Source: Planctomycetaceae bacterium (GTDB taxonomy: Bacteria; Planctomycetota; Planctomycetia; Pirellulales; UBA1268). Taken from it: a stretch of DNA of 64,000 nucleotides. The position numbers were made by a program, and so were the translations under genes. This document shows positions 59,277-64,000 of this stretch, in pieces. The notes under the pieces are model-generated. The model saw only the letters and a program-made list of their open reading frames with translations, ran no database searches and had not been told where the DNA came from. The first letter of the stretch is position 1; the number at the start of each line of letters is the position of its first letter. The stretch spans positions 610 to 64,609 of the forward strand of contig CANFQO010000009.1 in assembly GCA_947449135.1 (NCBI GenBank). The letters run 5' to 3'.

Positions 59277-60449
59277 TCAGGAGCTCGACAGGCCGTACTT
59301 CGCCAGCCACTCGCGGAATGCCGGCAGCGGCATCACCTCGACGTTTTTTGTTTCCAGCTTCTCGCCGCTGAGTGGCGACTCGCCAGCCGGCACGATCAGC
59401 CGCAGTCCCGTGGCGTAGATGTCGCCATCGGGCTCACCCCGCCGCGGAAACATTTCCTTGACGGTCGCTTCGTCGCCCGTATGCATGGCACGCAGCAGGC
59501 GGACGGTCTGGACACCCATTTCAAAGGGGTTCTGCACCACCATGGCGTCGATCTTTCCTTCGGCCATATGGTTCAGGGCTGCCGCCTGAGCGTCGAACGT
59601 GATGATCGTCAGCTGGTCGCGAACGCCGCGCTCCATGGCGACTTCGGCAATGGCCGGTGCGTTGTAGGCCCAGATGCCGACCAGCGACACCAGGTCGGGG
59701 TGGTTGACCAGGGCGGTGCGGACGTTGTCGCGGGCCTTGGAGAGGTCCATCTCGTCGCTCATGCGGTCGACTTCCTTGAAGCCGCCGCCGACCGCTTCCT
59801 TGAAGCCGTTCATGCGTGCCCGTGCGTTGTCGTTGTCGGTGAAACCGGCGAACTGCACGTAGCCACCGGATGACTTGCCACGGCTTTCGAGGAGCGTCTT
59901 GGCCGCGGTGCCGAGCAGCCGGCCGCCGACCACGTTGTCGGTGCCGATGTAGAAGGGCCGCGCGTCGCGAAACGTATCCCGGTTCACGTCGCTATCGACC
60001 GTGATCACCTTCACGCCCTTGGCGGCAAGGTTCTTCATCTCTTCGACGATCGCCACATTCTCGGCCTGGATGACGGAGATCGCGACGCCAGCAACGTCAG
60101 ACTGGCTGCCGAGTTGCCGGAGTTTCTCAATCTGGCCCTGTGCGGTGCCATTGTTCTTCTCCATCACGACGCGGAGCCCCTGCGACCCGACGTCGAATTG
60201 CTTCCCGCCTTCGATCAGTCCGGCGTTGCACGCATCCCAGAAGGGATCGTCGCCGTTGGTGATGAAGATCAGCCGCTTGGGGCCCGACGAGCCACCAGCT
60301 GCTGCGGTGTCGCCAGCGGCGGGAGTTGCAGCGCCGGGAGCAGTCGCCGGCTTGCCGGAGCAGCCGGCGATTGCGAGCGGAAGCACGCCTCCCACAAGCA
60401 GGAGGGCCGCCCAACAGCGGCGAGAGACGTTCACGTTGTGACGATGCAT
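59277..60449 (-). CDS. Sugar ABC transporter substrate-binding lipoprotein
   Basis: Lipobox IAG-C, PFW, VDSD, YIGTDN..GG, WAYN, VQNPFEMG. Confidence 0.9.
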   Translation of the reverse strand: MHRHNVNVSRRCWAALLLVGGVLPLAIAGCSGKPATAPGAATPAAGDTAAAGGSSGPKRLIFITNGDDPFWDACNAGLIEGGKQFDVGSQGLRVVMEKNNGTAQGQIEKLRQLGSQSDVAGVAISVIQAENVAIVEEMKNLAAKGVKVITVDSDVNRDTFRDARPFYIGTDNVVGGRLLGTAAKTLLESRGKSSGGYVQFAGFTDNDNARARMNGFKEAVGGGFKEVDRMSDEMDLSKARDNVRTALVNHPDLVSLVGIWAYNAPAIAEVAMERGVRDQLTIITFDAQAAALNHMAEGKIDAMVVQNPFEMGVQTVRLLRAMHTGDEATVKEMFPRRGEPDGDIYATGLRLIVPAGESPLSGEKLETKNVEVMPLPAFREWLAKYGLSSS

Positions 60450-60564
60450 GAGCAGGCTCCCAAGTGGCGGGCCAAGGATCTCACTGCCGAGGGGCCGAAA
60501 CGCATCGGTGATTCCCGCCCAGCAGCTTTCTGAAAACCGTTTAGAAAGTCAGGAAAGCAGACGG

Positions 60565-61104
60565 TCAGTAGCGTAATCCATTCTTCCGCACGTGTACCAG
60601 TGGGGTCGCTTCAGGGCCGGTGCCGGCACCGACCACGCGGGCCAGAATGATCACATGGTCGCCCGTCACGCCGCCGCCTCCGCCAGCCTGTGTCACGGCC
60701 TGGCATTCAAGCCAGGCGCTCGCATCGGCGATGACGGCGGTGCCCGAACCAGAGCGTTCGATGCGGAGGCCGTCAAAGGGATTCTCACCCGGGCCAGCAG
60801 GGCGTCCAAACCGGGACACCAGCGACCGCTGCGATTCCCCCAGCACGTTGACGACGAACGGCGTGCACTGATCGATCGCGGCCAGCAGGTCTCGCGATGT
60901 GCTCACCGCAATCGTGATCAGCGGCGGCACGAATCCGCCCTGCATGATCCAACTCGCGAGCATGCCCCGGTCCGTCGCGTCGGCATCGTTCTCCGCTGCC
61001 CGCCATGTCACCACGAACAGTCCGCTGGGGATGCGTCCCAATGCAGCGGCAGTGGCCTCGGTATCAACTGGTTCATTCTGGGCGTTTGGCTGCGGTTGCG
61101 TCAT
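60565..61104 (-). CDS. Flavin reductase family protein
   Basis: ALGRIPSGLFVVT, ASW.MQ.GF.PP, GDH. Confidence 0.85.
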   Translation of the reverse strand: MTQPQPNAQNEPVDTEATAAALGRIPSGLFVVTWRAAENDADATDRGMLASWIMQGGFVPPLITIAVSTSRDLLAAIDQCTPFVVNVLGESQRSLVSRFGRPAGPGENPFDGLRIERSGSGTAVIADASAWLECQAVTQAGGGGGVTGDHVIILARVVGAGTGPEATPLVHVRKNGLRY

Positions 61105-61297
61105 TGTCGTTGTGGTGTGAAAAGGCGTGGGCTGGGCGTTTCAGAAATTCTCAGGATTGCCCTGTTTTCCTCGGTGAACTGCGTGACATGAATCGCAGGG
61201 GCATAAGTCGTTTCAGCACGCTTCCTACGCTGGCGGAATCCACGCTGTGATGCCGATCAATCTGTGGCTGTCCGCTGCGTGGAACTAGAGTGTCGCA

Positions 61298-62566
61298 GTG
61301 GTGGTCACGAACCGCAACCCGTGGCCGGTTATCTGGTTTCATCTGTCGCTGTGCCCGCTCACACTCTCCCGGTGTTCATTGCTGCTCCGCATCCGCCCAC
61401 CGACCGGTCCGTCGCGGTGCTGTCCTGCGCCAAGCGGCCCGTCGCGCCGTCGTCTGACGGGGCTGTGCGCAGCGGTGCTCGTCATGGCGGTCTTGCCAGG
61501 CCTACTGACGCCGGCTCCCAAGGCAGCCGCCGACCTGGTGTGGACGTCCGGACAGGACGACGCTGGCGGGAGCTACACGATCCCCGCGCCGCAGCAGGAG
61601 CCGGCTCCTGCCGGCGAGCCGGGCGGCGGACCGCAGCTGCTCCCACTGCCGTCAACGCAGCCCCGTGGGCCGGTCATCCTCGACGTGCCCTACGAGGAAG
61701 CCCCTTCCGCTCCGGATGAATACCCGTTGCCGGGTGCCGGATTTCCCGAGGGGTTTGACGACCTCTGGGCAGCGAGGCCGTGGTCCTGGCAGATCATGCC
61801 CAACAACCTGATCTACACGAGCTACCTCGCCGGGCCGAAGGAACCGCGGATCGGCACGGTGGTCTACAACGACACCGCAAGCGATCCACTGAACCCCACG
61901 ATCTCGAACGGCACCATGTGGGATACAACGCTCGGCGGCCGGGCCTCGATTCTTCGCTTTGGCTCCGACCCGGTGCTGCATCCGCAGGGCTTCGAGGTTC
62001 AGATCGAGGGCGCGGCGTTCGTGCGGCTCGACCCGCAGGAAGACCGCGATCTGCGGAGTGCCGACTACCGCTTCGGCGTGCCGCTGGTCTACGGCATCGG
62101 CCGCTGGCAGACGAAGCTGGCCTACTACCACAACAGCGCCCACCTCGGCGATGAGGCGATGCTCAAGCACCCAAAATACGAGCGGCTCAATTACGTCCGC
62201 GACTGCATCGTCTGGGGCAATTCCTACTATCTCTTCGACTGGATGCGGCTCTACGGAGAGGTTGGCTATGCCTTCTTCAACGCGGGCGGCTCGCAGCCTT
62301 GGGAATTCCAATACGGCACAGAATTAATCCAGGCCCGAGCGACCGGCATCCATGGTGCACCCTTTTTCGCCATCAATGGGATCTCGCGGCAGGAACTCGA
62401 CTGGGGCGGGAATGTCTGCGTGCAGACGGGCTGGGCCTGGCGCGGCCGCCGGAGCGAAAAGCTCTTTCGCATCGGCTTCGAATATCTCTACGGCTCCGAT
62501 CCGCAGTTTCAGTTTGCGTTCGCCAACCAGAATCGCTACGGCGCCGGCATGTGGTATGACTTCTGA
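61298..62566 (+). CDS. DUF1207-like outer-membrane/secreted protein
   Basis: YLAGPKEPR, SADYRFGVPL, YYH.SAHLGDE, C-terminal WYDF. Start uncertain. Confidence 0.7.
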   Translation: MVVTNRNPWPVIWFHLSLCPLTLSRCSLLLRIRPPTGPSRCCPAPSGPSRRRLTGLCAAVLVMAVLPGLLTPAPKAAADLVWTSGQDDAGGSYTIPAPQQEPAPAGEPGGGPQLLPLPSTQPRGPVILDVPYEEAPSAPDEYPLPGAGFPEGFDDLWAARPWSWQIMPNNLIYTSYLAGPKEPRIGTVVYNDTASDPLNPTISNGTMWDTTLGGRASILRFGSDPVLHPQGFEVQIEGAAFVRLDPQEDRDLRSADYRFGVPLVYGIGRWQTKLAYYHNSAHLGDEAMLKHPKYERLNYVRDCIVWGNSYYLFDWMRLYGEVGYAFFNAGGSQPWEFQYGTELIQARATGIHGAPFFAINGISRQELDWGGNVCVQTGWAWRGRRSEKLFRIGFEYLYGSDPQFQFAFANQNRYGAGMWYDF

Positions 62567-62725
62567 CTTCACGCGAAACACGGCCATCCAGGCCGTTTTC
62601 GCTTGGCCGACTTCCGTCGGCTGGCATGAGCCGGGCATCGTGCCCGGCAGTCAAGCGGTGCAATGGCGCATCGTGCCGACCTTGCCTTGGTGGCCCTTCG
62701 GCCAGGGCTTCCGGCCCTGGCGTGG
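62567..62725 (+). repeat. Dispersed multi-hairpin element, copy D
   Basis: GCGAAA-c-ACGGCC[atcca]GGCCGT-TTTCGC, GCCGAC[ttcc]GTCGGC, GCCGGGC[atcgt]GCCCGGC, and a later GCCAGGGC[ttccg]GCCCTGGC. Right end approximate. Confidence 0.85.
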
Positions 62726-62734
62726 GTAGGAGGT

Positions 62735-63793
62735 ATGATTCGTCGTACCATGCCCCTGCTTGCCATCGAGACCACCTGCGACGAAACGGCCGCCGCGGTC
62801 ATTGCGCGTGATCGCACGGTGCTGTCGAGCGTCGTGGCCAGTCAGGAATTGCTCCATGCGCGGTGGCGGGGCGTCGTGCCGGAGGTGGCATCCCGCGCCC
62901 ATGTCGAACGAATCATTCCGGTGATCGATGAGGCGATCACCAGGGCCGGTATAACCCGTGCCGATCTCGCCGCCGTGGCCGTGGCCGTCAGGCCGGGGCT
63001 CGTCGGCTCATTGCTGGTGGGACTGTCGGCCGGTAAGGCGATCGCGGCCGCACTCGGCATCCCGATCGTGGGCTACGACCACATCGCGGCCCATCTCTAT
63101 GCCTGCCGGCTCGCGCATGGCGAACGGATGCGCTATCCGTGCGTTGGTCTCGTGGCCAGCGGCGGCCATACATCGCTGTTTCTCGTGCGCGGGCCGACCG
63201 ACCTGGAGCGGCTGGGCGGCACGATCGACGACGCGGCTGGCGAGGCCTTCGACAAGGCGGCGAGCGTGCTGGGGCTCGGCTATCCGGGCGGACCACAGAT
63301 CGAGGCTGCCGCGGCGGGCGGCAATCCGAAGGCCCACCGCCTGCCACGGCCGCTAGCGAATGACCGCGACAGAATGGATCTCAGCTTCAGCGGCCTGAAG
63401 ACGGCGCTCCGCTATTTGGTGCGACCACCAGGATCACCTGCCGACGTGCCCGCTCCGCAGGGAAAAGTGCTTGCCGATCTGGCCGCCTCGTTCCAACAGG
63501 CGGCCGTCGATTCGATTCTGGCGAAGCTCGCGCTCGCGATCGAGCGGACCGGCTGCCGGGTGCTGGCGATCGGGGGCGGCGTGACGGCGAACACACTGCT
63601 CCGCGAGTCGATCGAGCGGCTGGGGCGGGAGTTGGGAGTCGACGTGCTGATTCCTCCGCGGTCGCTCTGCACCGACAATGCGGCGATGGGGGCGATCGGG
63701 TGGGAGCGGCTCGAGCGTGGCGAAGACGACGGCCTGGAGCTCGACGTGCTCCCCGGCACCGACCGCTCCGCCGCCCGCCGAAAGATGGCGTAG
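62735..63793 (+). CDS. tsaD: tRNA threonylcarbamoyladenosine biosynthesis protein TsaD
   Basis: LAIETTCDET, GVVPEVASRAH, HIAAH, SGGHT, DDAAGEAFDK, GGV.AN, CTDNAAM; AGGAGG RBS before 62735. Confidence 0.95.
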   Translation: MIRRTMPLLAIETTCDETAAAVIARDRTVLSSVVASQELLHARWRGVVPEVASRAHVERIIPVIDEAITRAGITRADLAAVAVAVRPGLVGSLLVGLSAGKAIAAALGIPIVGYDHIAAHLYACRLAHGERMRYPCVGLVASGGHTSLFLVRGPTDLERLGGTIDDAAGEAFDKAASVLGLGYPGGPQIEAAAAGGNPKAHRLPRPLANDRDRMDLSFSGLKTALRYLVRPPGSPADVPAPQGKVLADLAASFQQAAVDSILAKLALAIERTGCRVLAIGGGVTANTLLRESIERLGRELGVDVLIPPRSLCTDNAAMGAIGWERLERGEDDGLELDVLPGTDRSAARRKMA

Positions 63794-63837
63794 GCGGAAT
63801 TCGTGCCGGAGGTCGGCGCGTGTTTGGCACGTTTGAC

Positions 63838-63951
63838 AAAAAGCCCCGGACGGAAGTCCGAGGACACCGGGTGCTTGGGCGTTCCCGGATCCGCGTGGCA
63901 CGTTGGGCGGTGTTCACTCCCGGAGTCCCCCGGCTTCCGCCGAGGGCTTTT
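63838..63951. repeat. Inverted pair of palindromic units (REP-doublet-like)
   Basis: Left arm AAAAGCCCCGGACGGAAGTCCGAGGACACCGGG; right arm reverse complement AAAAGCCCTCGGCGGAAGCCGGGGGACTCCGGG. Confidence 0.7.
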
Positions 63952-64000
63952 ATTCCACGCTACGTTTCCACAACCGGTGCCATCACCCACGAATAGAAGC

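Noticed and set aside
1-64000. tRNA/rRNA genes, integrases, transposases, defence systems
   Set aside because: No cloverleaf, rRNA signature or recombinase/transposase/defence motif was recognised by eye; a formal scan was not possible.

Overview
GC-rich bacterial chromosomal window, almost certainly from a planctomycete. Evidence for this: a BBP7-type beta-barrel, a DUF1559 prepilin-like protein, an LExLExR 'Planctomycete extracellular' N-terminal signature and a planctomycete-type secretin. Most of it is housekeeping: two divergent phosphohexomutases, two different glgC paralogues, an S41 protease, folC, phhB, accD, rpe, putA, pstSCAB-phoU, cutA, sdhCAB, a DEAD helicase, a family-4 UDG, leuS, an Aas-like ligase, ThiF/MoeB, a sugar ABC transporter and tsaD. 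An accessory-looking block at about 50.2-56.4 kb encodes a BBE-like FAD oxidoreductase and a PhlG-like hydrolase, divergent from a secreted multicopper oxidase and a DUF1559 protein. The most notable unexplained structure is a dispersed non-coding element present four times (10337+, 10594-, 24311+, 62567+). It has three consecutive hairpins whose stems differ in sequence but keep their pairing, and three copies start immediately after a CTGA stop context. Other structured intergenic elements and several apparently catalytically dead enzyme homologues are also present. No rRNA, tRNA, CRISPR array, integrase or transposase gene was recognised. All calls come from reading motifs by eye; no database search or folding was run.
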